This document shows positions 47,189-61,389 of a stretch of 64,000 bases of DNA, piece by piece. The stretch spans positions 806,001 through 870,000 of the forward strand of contig NW_026781864.1 of the NCBI RefSeq assembly GCF_031769215.1. Reading direction: 5' to 3'. The position numbers and the translations under genes are program-made. The DNA is from Ylistrum balloti (lineage: Eukaryota). Every line of letters starts with the position of its first letter. The first letter of the stretch is position 1. The notes under the pieces are model-generated. The model made no database searches, was not told where the DNA came from, and saw nothing but the letters and a program-made list of their open reading frames with translations.

Positions 47189-50100
47189 TTATTTTATATT
47201 AACTACTGTGGAAGACACTGGCTGCATTTTATGAACTCCTGAAACTGTAGAAACCCTCCGAAGTTCATGGACATTTCTTGCCATTGATGTTCCACCGAGA
47301 GACATACAGAAGCACTGAAATGCGCCCAACTTCTTGTCGAACCCAAGGCCTAAGTTAATACACCTGGGCATATCTTCTTCCTCCATATCGTCAGGTATAG
47401 GCGTTGACCAACAGGGTTCATTACAACAGTCGTCACACAGGGGAGCCGTGTTGTCATCACTCTGTATCTCACAACAGTCAGGCCTACACAGTGACGCACA
47501 ACATGGGTCATTACAACAGGGTAAAGGTGTGTCCACAAGGTTCTGAAATAATATTGTATTCAATAGTATTTAATTTAATTTTCTACGGTAACTAACATAA
47601 AAGAAATTTCTGCAATATGGGCCTTGTATTAAATGTACAAAAATAGATTCACAGAGTTTGGATTCATCTTTTATCTTAATTCTATGATAGAAATTTCAAA
47701 ATATCTTTAACACAGTGCAGAAAACTTTTCATCTACTAGACTAACACAAAGGTGATGATTTTGCCAAAAAAATGAAATGTCCTTATAAAAAGGAAAGAAA
47801 TGTAAAAATATCAGAAGTAGCAGCACATTGACGTGAACAAAAATGAAATGTAAATATGTTATAGATATAGCTATGCATTACTCATGTGTACAACAAACTC
47901 TCCATACTGTAATATGTGTCCAACAGAATTTACAGGCACACCACAAGTGATAGATAACTGGCAATATACTGTGTAAACATTTTACAATCAAAGAAAAAAT
48001 TGTCAATGATTTGTTAATGAAATAGTGATGCATTAGATGGACGCTACAGATGACTTTGTGTAGATTGCACATTCTTGTTTGAAACCGCACATCAATATGT
48101 CAAGGAAAAAGACCTTTTATTAATTCATAATTACAAGATAACAAGATATCCCAGAGGGATCATTGTGCCTACAATTGTATCATTGTTTTAAGGTCTTTAT
48201 CAGATATTTTCTCTTCTTATCTTTATGATCTGTTACAAATCAAATAGGATCAATAAAGGAGCAAAGGAAAGCTACCAAGATGGCCACGTATCAGCCATTT
48301 TGTTTTTTTCAAAGTCTGTCATGAGTAGAATATGGACAACTTGGAACCAGTTAGAACATTGTAATGTTAACTTGGAACCAGTTAGAACTTTGTAATGTTA
48401 ACTTGGAACCAGTTAGAACTTTGTAATGTTAACTTGGAACCAGTTAGAACTTTGTAATGTTAACTTGGAACCAGTTAGAACGTTGTAATGTTAACTTGGA
48501 ACCAGAACGTTGTAATGTTAACTTGGAACCAGAACGTTGTAATGTTAACTTGGAACCAGAACGTTGTAATGTTAACTTGGAACCAGTTAGAACGTTGTAA
48601 TGTTAACTTGGAACCAGTTAGAACTTTGTAATGTTAACTTGGAACCAGTTAGAATGTTGTAATGATTGAGAATGATCATCCAGATCTTCTCAAGAAACAA
48701 GAATTCATAACTGCAAAAATTCAACTCTGACATCTGTCAGTCAGTACCTTTCTTTGATAACTTATGAAATAATGCAGTATATACACACAAATTATAGTAA
48801 ATATAATCACACAGAGGCAAGTCAAGCATTATCGAAGCTTCATGGAGTGATGAAAAACAGAGTTCATGATCACATAAACACACCAAGCATGCAGGTTACA
48901 TAGTAGTTATAAAGCAGTGCTCAATACTTACCAATAGAGTACATGTAAGTGTGATTGTAAGTGAAACACTACACACATGGTTAGGCTGTGGTGAATATAT
49001 CAAGGGAAACACTACACACAGTTAAGCTGTACTAGATGAAATGAAACATTACATGTGGTTGTAACCCACCACCAAGAGAGTTGAGACTACAGGCTACAGA
49101 CATCATACTTACAACTGTACAAGTATAAATATATGTGTGTGTGTGTGTTACTGTCACACAGCACTCTGAGACTGAAGAGTTCCACATTCGTTGCACCACT
49201 GCATGTTGTCAAAAATAATAACACATCAATCGTTTTTACTAAATTCAACTAAAAGCAGTATCAATACCTGCAGAGATGTTTAATTAACCATGATCACATA
49301 AATTTTTCTGGATGGATTCGAGAAAACATGATTCAAGATAATTTCATCGACTTCTTTTTCAAAAGTTAAGCACTATTATATGATACAATTTACATACATA
49401 AAATAGTGTCACATCAGAGCTGAATGAGATCACCACCAATTTGATTTTCTATATCAAAATTGTGATCCTTTTTTTGAAGGGTGTAATTAATTATTATCAT
49501 ATTTAATTATCATCATGATATCAGATTTATCTGTTTATACAAATGCCGCATCCAACTTGATTTTAATTCATTTTCCTTCTGGAAGACTATGATTCCAATT
49601 CTGGGTCTTAGGTTTTCGAAACAGCCAGTAAGGAGTGACGATAAACTCTTACAAATTTACAAATGATTAATAATAAAATGCATTTCAAACTTAACACGTT
49701 TAACTCATAATTAATTCTCAACAATAAATAAAAAACTTTGTATAAACTTCACAAGAAAAGAACTGATTTTTTTTTTAAACCAATTAAGTGTTTACCATAC
49801 TAAAACATTTGCAAACATGAACAACAACAGATTGATGTAAAACATGTACTTACATTTGTGAGACAATTTGTAGATCCAAAACACTGACAAAGGAGAATTT
49901 CTACACAGCTGAGGGACTGAAAAACAGAACAAACATTACCAAGACTTGTGTCATCTAATTACTAAAACTGCTTTACTACATGCTTCATGATGTTCATGAT
50001 TTTTAGGTTAATTAATGTACAAAAGTAGATTTTGCAAATGGAAATTAATATGAGGGAAAACTGATAAAACAAAAACACGGAGCTCTGTGGTGCATAAATT

Positions 50101-53100
50101 TGGAACTTAAGTAAATAAATTTAGCTTGGCTAGTTGGTGGTTTGTTGCATTTTTCACACTGTGAATAGCCAAGGTCATTTTGAGGCAGGGTCACCTTAAA
50201 TTAGCTACAGGAGGCCTGTGGAATATACCACAGCAGTTAGTGTTAAAGTGTCTTGCTCAGAGACACATCCTAAGCACTGAGTATAAATGTTTCTCGGCTT
50301 CTCAAGAAAACAAATCACCATGGTAGCAAGTGTCAAACCACCTGCCACTGATCTTCACCTGAGGTAACATATACCAACACTTAGCTATTGCAGTCCTTAA
50401 TGTCAAAACGATGGTATAATTTAAATAATGGGTTAGTCATGATGAACAGACCTGACCTGAGCTATAAGCAACTTCAATGATTCAATCATATTTACAAGAT
50501 TTGTATAGCCCCCTATCAAATCTTATAAAGTTAAAATCATACTTCGATTAAATAATGAAAGGAAATGAAATGTTATTCCACTGAGACAAAGGTTGACTTC
50601 TGGATCATTCTTTGAAGCATAAATATATAAATATATATTCTGTAAGGAAATAATGGAATACAGGTATTACAAAAAAGACTTTCTACCATAAAAACCAGTT
50701 GATCACAACATTAACACAAAAACTGAATAACATTCCCTTAAGGCGAATTGATATTCTAATTAATTCAATGCATTGGAAAATCTGTGCAGGGATTCCTTCA
50801 AGAGGTGCCGACACCAGGTACTGAAGTGTCATTTTTTATCCCTGCAAGGTATCACACTTTGAGTAACCACAGACGACACGATTGACGTCACAGACTTTTC
50901 ACCTACAGTATTGTAAAGAGTAGACTTGTCCTTTCACAATGATATAAAATTTTGTAGAAATTTCCTAAAAAATCATAGGCTCTTGGTAGCATAATTCAAT
51001 TGTGCATTTCTTCTTTGTTGAGTATATCTTCATGTCTTTATGTGTACTAGCATCCTCGATATCTCAGAGGTTACGTTCACTATCATCCTTTGCACCCATG
51101 GAACATTTCATGGCAAAATTGCAGGTCACATAACCATATATTGTAATGGCTTTGATGTTGGGTGTCACTCCTTTGTAATCTATAAATATCAGTCAGTGTT
51201 TGGTCATTATTGTTTTCTTGAAACCTGCTCTAGATCAATTACTTTGTATATGCCTTCAAATTTGCCAGTGCCCTCAGTTTTGCCAGGAAATGTTCCTGGG
51301 GTGCAGAGAGTGAAAGTGAAGGTAACCCCTGGAGTATAGAGGAAGATATGATAGGGCAAATATGAATGAATCATTGTCAAAACTTTCAAATAAGATGCGT
51401 TTTTCTGAGTTCAACAGCTACATCATGTAAACAAATAAACTGTAAATCAGATTGTAAAGGAAAATAAAAACAATAAAAACAAATCTATTTCCAAAAAATA
51501 TTATCATATACCTACTTCATCAAAATTATGCTCTCTAGTAGATTTTGTTTTTTTAAGATTCATCTATTGTATCTAGTGTACACCAATGTGGTATGATCCA
51601 AACACAACAAACTCACTATCTTATATCAGACGATGTTCTGCCAAAACAAACTTTTTAACAACAAAATCTGGTGGATATTTTCAAAAGGTTCTATTATGTA
51701 ATGTTTTTCAGGATAGCATAAAATTGCACAAAAACTGAGTAAGAAGCGCACAGACATTTTTGGATGTCAGTCAATGGTCAAAATGGAGGTCAGAGTGACA
51801 AACAGAACACCAATCTATACAGCCAAATGTAAAATAACTAGTCACATTGGAGAGGTTCAAGAGGAACACCATTCTACACAGTTGACAGTGAAATAACAAG
51901 TCACATTGGAGAGGTTCAAGAGGAACACCATTCTACACAGTTGACAGTGAAATAACTAGTCACATTGGAGAGGTTCAAGAGGAACACCATTCTACACAGT
52001 TGACAGTGAAATAACTAGTCACATTGGAGAGGTTCAAGAGGAACACCATTCTACACAGTTGACAGTGAAATAACTAGTCACATTGGAGAGGTTCAAGAGG
52101 AACACCATTCTACACAGTTGACAGTGAAATAACTAGTCACATTGGAGAGGTTCAAGAGGAACACCATTCTACACAGTTGACAGTGAAATAACTAGTCACA
52201 TTGGAGAGGTTCAAGAGGAACACCATTCTACACAGTTGACAGTGAAATAACTAGTCACATTGGAGAGGTTCAAGAGGAACACCATTCTACACAGTTGACA
52301 GTGAAATAACTAGTCACATTGGAGAGGTTCAAGAAGAACACCATTCTACACAGTTGACAGTGAAATAACTAGTCACATTGGAGAGGTTCAAGAGGAACAC
52401 CATTCTACACAGTTGACAGTGAAATAACTAGTCACATTGGAGAGGTTCAAGAAGAACACCATTCTACACAGTTGACAGTGAAATAACTAGTCACATTGGA
52501 GAGGTTCAAGAGGAACACCATTCTACACAGTTGACAGTGAAATAACTAGTCACATTGGAGAGGTTCAAGAGGAACACCATTCTACACAGTTGACAGTGAA
52601 ATAACTAGTCACATTGAAGATTTCCAAGAGGAACACCATTCTACACACTCGGAGGTAACATATCTGGACACACTGAAGAGGCTCGATAAGAACATCCATT
52701 CTACTCAGTTGAAGGTAAAGGTCAGAGTGTTGACAATGACTTTGAAAACAGAGCTAGAGCACTAAAAAAATGATTTTCTACTTATAGTAACAGTGACCTT
52801 GACCTTCATCCAACATCTCTAAAACTCCAACTTGTCCAAGTTATTTTGAAGTTTGATAAGTGTGTGAAGTTTAATGAGAATCCACAAAGGTATGAAGCTG
52901 TTATTCAGATCTCTGACAATGATTTTCTAGAAATAGTAACAGTGACCTTGACCTTGACCCAACAAACCTGAAACTCCACCAAGTGCATGAAGTTTCATGA
53001 AAAACCCTCAATGCAAGAATGAATCTGCTGGTGTGCTGACAAACTTTCACATATGCAGAGATGCACAAAGAGGAAAACCAAAGTCGACTTCCAGTTTCTT

Positions 53101-56100
53101 CGGTAGAGGACTTATAACTGGTCACAAGGAAGAGATGCAAATGGAACTGTTTTACTGATTAATTTCTTTAATATTATGTGTGTAAAATAGATCGATTCCT
53201 ACAGTTTTATAAGATGTTGTATAATGTTTCACTGTTTACTGTAAGGAAATGGAAGATGAACTCTTTATCACTATGTTTTCAATATTCTTTAATTCTCCTC
53301 CCCAAAATTTTAGTGGTTTGTACTGATACTACAGCTGATTATAGTTCCATCACATTAAACTGATAACAATGAAGTCTCGACATTAATATCTTTATACAAG
53401 AGAACACGTTGATAAGGGAAATACATCAGCTGTCTTATAGAACGACCATCAAAACGATGAAAATACAAAGAATGAATTTTGCACATAAGGCAAATTACGA
53501 AGTAAAAGTGTAGTTATTTCATGTAAAGCTATGAGTTTGATGAAGTTATTATCTTCAATACTTGATAATAATCAATAACTCAAACAACAAATTGTCAATT
53601 TAAATTATTAACCAAAATTCAACGTTTCTATTGCTTAATGGCATACCTTAAACATAGAATGGACACTCTGCAAAACCAGAAATATTATACAGGTAAAGTA
53701 CTGGATATAAACCAGAAATATTATACAGGTAAAGTACCGGATATAAACCAGAAATATTATACAGGTAAAGTACCGGATGTAAATCAGAAATATTATACAG
53801 GTAAAGTACCGGATATAAACCAGAAATATTATACAGGTAAAGTACCGGATATAAACCAGAAATATTATACAGGTAAAGTACCGGATATAAACCAGAAATA
53901 TTATACAGGTAAAGTACCAGATATGTATCTTGTTTCGGTCTACAGTTAATATTGGTCACATTCAGTTGTCATAAATATTTAAGATAACCAATCTGTTATA
54001 TAGGTTATACTACAGATATGTAACTCAGAATGATGTAAACAACTGATTGTTCAATGTCACCAAAAATAAACAACGCCAAAAACATCAGTAAACATAAACT
54101 TGACAGAACAATATATCAAAGCAAAATATACACCAGTCTGTACTGAATCGAATTAACATCTAAAAGATTGGATATTTTAACATTGTTTAAAGACTGACTG
54201 ACAAAATTATACAATGTATCAGTTAACATTTCTAGCACATCAGCTTTTTTAACATTCACTGATTTCAGTTAAATGTTTATCAATGGTACATTCTTCATTT
54301 TGAATATCGTTAATCCATCATATTAAACAAATTTCAAAACTTTTCCTTTTAATTTTTCATCTCAAAAGTTCAAAACCATTAAGTTCTCAGCACCCTTCGA
54401 TTTATATCTGCATTAAAATGTTTTATACAGTGAGACCTTTGCATGTTTCATCTTTAGGGCATAAATAAAAAGCAAGCACAGCTTTAATGTTTAAAAATGA
54501 TATATATGTTTTTTTGTACTTTAGGGCAAATTTAACACTGGATGAAAGTGAACTGTGGGCGAAAAATGAAATGTCTTTGAATGACTTAGGTTCATATAGG
54601 ATGCTTCCTAAAACTTGAAATTCAGAAAGAACGTTAGCGGACCACTCGCAGATATGTTCAACAAATCTCTAACAGAGGGAATAGTAGAACAAGCATAGAA
54701 CAAGGTAAATATAACAGTAATTTACAAGGACAAAAATCCTGAGTAATTCTAGGCAGGTAAGCATAACAAGTATTATTGTTAAAACTCTGGAGAAATTACT
54801 TAAAGAATGCACTGTTTAACACATAGACAGAAACGATTTTTGAGCTGCAAACCATACAGCTTTATCTCAGGCATATATCAACACACCTTTAATCACTGAC
54901 TGTATTACAGAAATGGACTGATATCACGGACAACATTTGCATGTTGTATGCATGGACTTCATGAAAACCTTTGATAAATGCTTCATCAAAGTCTTCCAAA
55001 AATTCATCAGACAACGAAATCAGCAGAAATCAGCAGAGGAGCTGTAAATTGGGCTTAGGATTTCTTAACAGATGTCAATGAGTATTGATCAGTGCAGAAT
55101 CGTCTCGAATATATCCTGTAATAAGTATTCCCTAGGGAAGTGTATGAGGTCCAATCTGATTTGTTCTATAAAAAGAATTCCCAGAGAAATCCCTGTCCGT
55201 TTCATCACTATTTGCTCACGATACAAAATTAGAACAGTCAATAATTACTATGGATAATGTAATTACTCATCAAAACAATGTCAATAAGTTATTTATAGCT
55301 ACTTAACATTCACAGCAACAACAGTCTTATCAATCCAACCTACTGAAATAATGATTTTATGTCAGGATCTTAAGATAGAAGGATGAAGTTAGAGAATACT
55401 ATTAACAAAAATGACATTGGTATGATTGAAAATTAGGACTTTGTTTAAACAATATTTTCATTCAATATTCATCAATCTAACACATACGGTTTATAGGATG
55501 GGCAAACAAGCTTAGAGCTTAAAGCAATTCCTTACCCAATGAAGTCATAGATTTTAGAACCCATATGAAACTTGTCAGTGTTTATAATTAATAATAACCT
55601 AGTTGGTCTGTAAGGACACAATTTGTATATTTAGATGAGTGTACATTTGATTTATCAATCAATTTATTAATTAGACGACATTTCTGCATCCAGAACTTGT
55701 CATACACTGAATATTTTGTAATTATTGATTATGTCAACACTAATGTACAGCACATTCATAGGTTATATGGTTAATGTGTCTGAAATTGTCGGTGATATTA
55801 TAGTTTGTAGATTAACATGAAATTATTTCCAACTTAACAACACAAATAGAACTAGTGGTCACCCTAAAATACAGATAGAACTAGGGGTCACTCTAAAATA
55901 CAAATAGAACTAGGGGTCACTCTAAAATACAGATAGAACTAGGGGTCACTCTAAAATACAGATAGAACTAGGGGTCACTCTAAAATACAGATAGAACTAG
56001 TGGTCACCCTAAAATACAGATAGAACTAGGGGTCACTCTAAAATACAGATAGAACTAGTGGTCACTCTAAAATACAGATAGAACTAGGGGTCACTCTAAA

Positions 56101-59100
56101 ATACAAATAGAACTAGGGGTCACCCTAAAATACAGATAGAACTAGGGGTCACTCTAAAATACAGATAGAACTAGTGGTCACCCTAAAATACAGATAGAAC
56201 TAGTGGTCACCCTAAAATACAAATAGAACTAGTGGTCACCCTAAAATACAGATAGAACTAGTGGTCACCCTAAAATACAGATAGAACTAGTGGTCACCCT
56301 AAAATACAGATAGAACTAGTGGTCACTCTAAAATACAGATAGAACTAGTGGTCACCCTAAAATACAGATAGAACTAGTCTAAAATACAAATAGAACTAGT
56401 GGTAAAAGTGGTACCCTAAAATACAGATAGAACTAGTGGTCACCCTAAAATACAGATAGAACTAGTGGTCACCCTAAAATACAGATAGAACTAGTGGTCA
56501 CCCTAAAATACAGATAGAACTAGTGGTCACCCTAAAATACAAATAGAACTAGTGGTCACCCTAAAATACAAATAGAACTAGTGGTCACCCTAAAATACAG
56601 ATAGAACTAGTGGTGGTAGAACTACCCTAAAATACAGATAGAACTAGTGGTCACTCTAAATACTAAAATACAGATAGAACTAGTGGTCACCCTAAAATAC
56701 AGATAGAACTAGTGGTCACCTAAAATACTAAAATACTAAAATAGAACTAGAACTGGTCACCCCACCCTAAAATACAAATAGAACTAGTGGTCACCCTAAA
56801 ATACAAATAGAACTAGTGGTCACCCTAAAATACAGATAGAACTAGTGGTCACCCTAAAATACAGATAGAACTAGGGGTCACTCTAAAATACAGATAGAAC
56901 TAGTGGTCACCCTAAAATACAGATAGAACTAGTGGTCACCCTAAAATACAGATAGAACTAGGGGTCACTCTAAAATACAGATAGATAGAACTAGGGGTCA
57001 CTCTAAAATACAGATAGAACTAGTGGTAGAACTAGTGGTCACTCTAAAATACAGATAGAACTAGTGGTCACTCTAAAATACAGATAGAACTAGTGGTCAC
57101 TCTAAAATACAGATAGAACTAGGGGTCACTCTAAAATACAGATAGAACTAGGGGTCACTCTAAAATACAGATAGAACTAGTGGTCACTCTAAAATACAGA
57201 TAGAACTAGGGGTCACTCTAAAATACAGATAGAACTAGTGGTCACTCTAAAATACAGATAGAACTAGTGGTCACTCTAAAATACAAATAGAACTAGTGGT
57301 CACTCTAAAATACAGATAGAACTAGTGGTCACTCTAAAATACAGATAGAACTAGTGGTCACTCTAAAATACAGATAGAACTAGTGGTCACTCTAAAATAC
57401 AGATAGAACTAGTGGTCACTCTAAAATACAGATAGAACTAGTGGTCACTCTAAAATACAAATAGAACTAGGGGTCACTCTAAAATACAAATAGAACTAGT
57501 GGTCACTCTAAAATACAGATAGAACTAGTGGTCACTCTAAAATACAGATAGAACTAGTGGTCACTCTAAAATACAGATAGAACTAGGGGTCACTCTAAAA
57601 TACAAATAGAACTAGGGGTCACTCTAAAATACAGTCACTCTAAAATAGAACTAGGGGTCACTAAAATACAGATAAAATACAAATAGAACTAGTGGTCACT
57701 CTAAAATACAGATAGAATAGAACTAGTGGTCACTCTAAAAAAATACAGTGGTCACTCTAAAATACAGATAGAACTAGGGGTCACTCTAAAATACAGATAG
57801 AACTAGTGGTCACTCTAAAATACAGATAGAACTAGGGGTCACTCTAAAATACAGATAGAACTAGTGGTCACTCTAAAATACAGATAGAACTAGGGGTCAC
57901 TCTAAAATACAGATAGAACTAGGGGTCACTCTAAAATACAGATAGAACTAGGGGTCACTCTAAAATACAGATAGAACTAGTGGTCACTCTAAAATACAGA
58001 TAGAACTAGTGGTCACTCTAAAATACAGATAGAACTAGGGGTCACTCTAAAATACAGATAGAACTAGTGGTCACCCTAAAATACAGATAGAACTAGTGGT
58101 CACTCTAAAATACAGATAGAACTAGTGGTCACCCTAAAATACAGATAGAACTAGTGGTCACTCTAAAATACAGATAGAACTAGGGGTCACTCTAAAATAC
58201 AAATAGAACTAGTGGTCACCCTAAAATACAGATAGAACTAGTGGTCACTCTAAAATACAGATAGAACTAGTGGGTCTAGGGGTCACTCTAAAATACAGAT
58301 AGAACTAGTGGTCACTCTAAAATACAGATAGAACTAGGGGTCACTCTAAAATACAGATAGAACTAGGGGTCACTCTAAAATACAGATAGAACTAGGGGTC
58401 ACTCTAAAATACAGATAGAACTAGTGGTCACACTAAAATACAGATAGAACTAGTGGTCACCCTAAAATACAGATAGAACTAGTGGTCACCCTAAAATACA
58501 GATAGAACTAGTGGTCACTCTAAAATACAGATAGAACTAGGGGTCACTCTAAAATACAGATAGAACTAGGGGTCACTCTAAAATACAGATAGAACTAGTG
58601 GTCACTCTAAAATACAGATAGAACTAGGGGTCACTCTAAAATACAGATAGAACTAGGGGTCACTCTAAAATACAGATAGAACTAGTGGTCAACCTAAAAT
58701 ACAGATAGAACTAGGGGTCACTCTAAAATACAGATAGAACTAGTGGTCACTCTAAAATACAGATAGAACTAGTGGTCACTCTAAAATACAGATAGAACTA
58801 GTGGTCACTCTAAAATACAAATAGAACTAGTGGTCACTCTAAAATACAAATAGAACTAGTGGTCACTCTAAAATACAAATAGAACTAGTGGTCACTCTAT
58901 ACAGATAGAACTGGTCACTCTAAAATACAAATACAGATAGAACTAGTGGTCACTAACAGATAGAACTAGTGGTCACTCTAAAATACAGATAGAACTAGTG
59001 GTCACTCTAAAATACAAATAGAACTAGTGGTCACTCTAAAATACAAATAGAACTAGTGGTCACTCTAAAATACAGATAGAACTAGGGGTCACTCTAAAAT

Positions 59101-61389
59101 ACAGATAGAACTAGGGGTCACTCTAAAATACAGATAGAACTAGGGGTCACTCTAAAATACAGATAGAACTAGGGGTCACTCTAAAATACAAATAGAACTA
59201 GTGGTCACTCTAAAATACAGATAGAACTAGGGGTCACTCTAAAATACAAATAGAACTAGGGGTCAATCTAAAATACAAATAGAACTAGGGGTCACTTTAA
59301 GAAATTGTTTTTAAAAAATTGATGTTGTCTGGATATTAGAAAGAACTTTTTCAGCCAACGAGTCATAGATACATGGAAAAGTTAATTTACCACTAAACGC
59401 TAAAATAAGCAGTATTGTACGATTTGAAATAGCTCTAAAGTAACTCTTGGGAAAGAAATTGTTTTAATTATCAGTAACCTGATCAGCTTCATAACCTGCA
59501 TACCACACAGAATAATTGTTATACTGCATGTCAATTTATTATAATGAAATGTGGAGTCTCACAACTTGTATCAATCATTAATGCTGATAAGTTACCCACC
59601 TTTCTGTTTGGGCAGCACTTGTCAAGACAGCCTCCAACAGAAGGATTACAACAATTACAAGACTCAGACATCGCTATACAACAGTCACAGCAGGGCGGTG
59701 AGTCTTCTGATCCACAAATAGCACAACCACATCCTGCTTCGCACACACCCCTTGACTGAAACAAAAACAACATGAGACTTTGAAATTGAAAAAATTGCTG
59801 AACTAAAAAACAACAAATATACATTTACTGATTGACATGGAGACTTTCGACCCATACAGTAAATTGGTTAGAAAGCGACTTCTGAAAAGTCATACTGTAT
59901 GTTGGTTTAGTTGAACAATATCTACAGCACAAAAAAATAACCAATTTCCATCAACTCAACATGTGTGAATTATCTCTTACAATAATACATATATACCATG
60001 TCTTATTCAAAATGGAAAATAAGTTAATTTAACATGTGATTACAATATCACATTACGAACCAGTAAAATTTGTCGGATCCCAAGGATGATGAGAATGAGA
60101 GCAGCCCAACAGACAATAGCTATTATAATGATGACCGGTAAATCCAAGGCAAGGTCTGATGACGATGTATTCTGCAAGTAGTTATCACATAAACATACAG
60201 TTATGAATGTATACTTACAATGCAAATTTTAGACATGGAAAAGAAGGAAATGTAATTTATGCTAAAATTCAACACTATTACACATACATATATCATATTC
60301 TGGAGGAGAAAATCAGGCTTAACTCTTTGTGTTTCTAGTAAACATGTACTGGTACAGTTAGTTGTTTGCATGTAATTAATAATCATATCAATACCTAGGA
60401 TTGACAAACTACCTATCTAGTACTGTGAAAACGTCTGTGGTTAGTCAGGAGTTTGTAGAACAAATGAATTTAATACATCCAATTGACTCTGACATAATTA
60501 CAAGGTATAAGAAATAAAGCCAGAAAGTATCAGTGAAATCAATTCAGATGATTAAGAGGAGTAGCTGGTATATTGTTGCGTCTACAGATGGACAGACAAC
60601 CTGATTCCAGTGCACCTGCACACTCCCTGCCATACAGAGATAAAACTGAAACTGTCACCTTAAGGATAACTAATACCCTCTTCCTACCAAGATGCAGACC
60701 TCTATATACCAAAGTTGGTCAAAACTTCATGAAAAAAAAGTAAAGAAAAATAATAAAATGAAAATAAATCAGTGGTCAGGATTGTGTTGCCATAGTAACT
60801 ATTTCTGAAACAAACACCTATAGGTTTCAATTAGTTATACCGTTTGAAAACAGTAGTGAAATACTAAAATCTGTTGCATGAAGAAGAAGTAATGGTCATT
60901 TATAGTAAAACCTATGTACAATTACCATGACAACCAACATGGCAAAAATCCTATTACATGTTAAATGATACTGTTCAAAGAGATAGAGAGTGTGTGAATC
61001 AAATTTTGAGTCAACTGGATGCTATTTCTAAAAATTACATAGCAGGACATAATTGTGTTATTTTTTTATAGAAGGGGGAAAACTCTCTGAAAAGTGGATG
61101 GAGGGGGTGCAAAGTCGCTTCAAGGAGCAAATCGACATACTTTACTAGCCATTCCAAAAACAAATCAAAAAGGTCTGTAGTAAACTGAGCAAAATCGTAG
61201 CTGGACAAAGTTCATCTACTGACAGATGGACAAGGTGATTCCAGTATATTCCTCCCCCTAACTTTGTTGCGGGGAGTATAAAGATACAGTTAGTCTACTA
61301 AATATATTGTAATTCGACTGAAACACACTTAATTCTGAGTATAACTAGAGGACTCTTGAACCTCTGATGAAATCCATACTTACCCCCAT
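47189..61389 (-). CDS. Uncharacterised cysteine-rich single-pass membrane protein, ~229 aa, 5 coding exons
   Basis: Exons (minus): 61389-61384 (MG, within exon 61474-61384, donor GTAAGT), 60171-60061 (NTSSSDLALDLPVIIIIAIVCWAALILIILGIRQILL), 59755-59600 (SRGVCEAGCGCAICG..CCDCC..CNCC..CLDKCCPNRK), 49916-49854 (SLSCVEILLCQCFGSTNCLTN) and 47542-47189 (NLVDTPLPCCNDPCC..VVNIK*). All junctions are phase 0 with pyrimidine-tract AG acceptors and GT donors. One strong hydrophobic helix is followed by CC-rich segments. Family not recognised. Confidence 0.8.
48338..48664. repeat. 31-bp minisatellite (with 26-bp deletion variants), ~11 copies
   Basis: AACTTGGAACCAG(TTAG)AAC(T/G)TTGTAATGTT repeated. Confidence 0.95.
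51832..52646. repeat. 59-bp minisatellite, ~14 copies
   Basis: AAATAACTAGTCACATTGGAGAGGTTCAAGAGGAACACCATTCTACACAGTTGACAGTG; period 59 checked. Confidence 0.97.
53674..53924. repeat. 36-bp minisatellite, ~7 copies
   Basis: AACCAGAAATATTATACAGGTAAAGTACCGGATATA repeated; source of the 12-aa-periodic ORFs on both strands. Confidence 0.96.
54740..55560 (+). mobile_element. Decayed CR1/L2-type non-LTR retrotransposon, reverse-transcriptase region
   Basis: Broken translation gives RQVSITSIIVKTLEKL, HVVCMDFMKTFDK, IP*GSV*GPI*FVL* and LFAHDTK, matching the CR1 RT motifs RPVSLTS..CK.LE, DF.KAFD, GIPQGSVLGP.LF and LFADDTK. Confidence 0.85.
55842..59296. repeat. 29-bp satellite, ~119 copies, embedded in a CR1-like LINE tail
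   Basis: TAGAACTAG(G/T)GGTCAC(T/C)CTAAAATACA(G/A)A repeated; several jumbled or partial units between about 56380 and 57770. Confidence 0.98.
59280..59440 (+). mobile_element. 3' end of the same CR1-like LINE ORF2
   Basis: Reads RTRGHFKKLFLKN*CCLDIRKNFFSQRVIDTWK, matching the CR1 C-terminal consensus TRGH.KL...RLDIRK.FFSQRV...WN. Confidence 0.85.
61200..61285 (+). mobile_element. Hairpin-bearing end of a HINE-type non-autonomous element
   Basis: GACAGATGGACAAGGTGATTCCAGTATATTCCTCCCCCTAACTTTGTTGCGGGGAGTATAA (GACA microsatellite remnant plus imperfect terminal palindrome); a related remnant lies at ~60585-60630. Confidence 0.45.

Noticed and set aside
47334-47595. Plus-strand and alternate-frame ORFs over the Cys-rich last exon (also 59544-59759)
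   Set aside because: Shadow frames of the Cys-rich minus-strand exons.
51040-51389. Overlapping ORFs in the Cys-rich gene intron (..GKFEGIYKVIDLEQ..)
   Set aside because: Possibly a decayed element, but I could not match any family motif.
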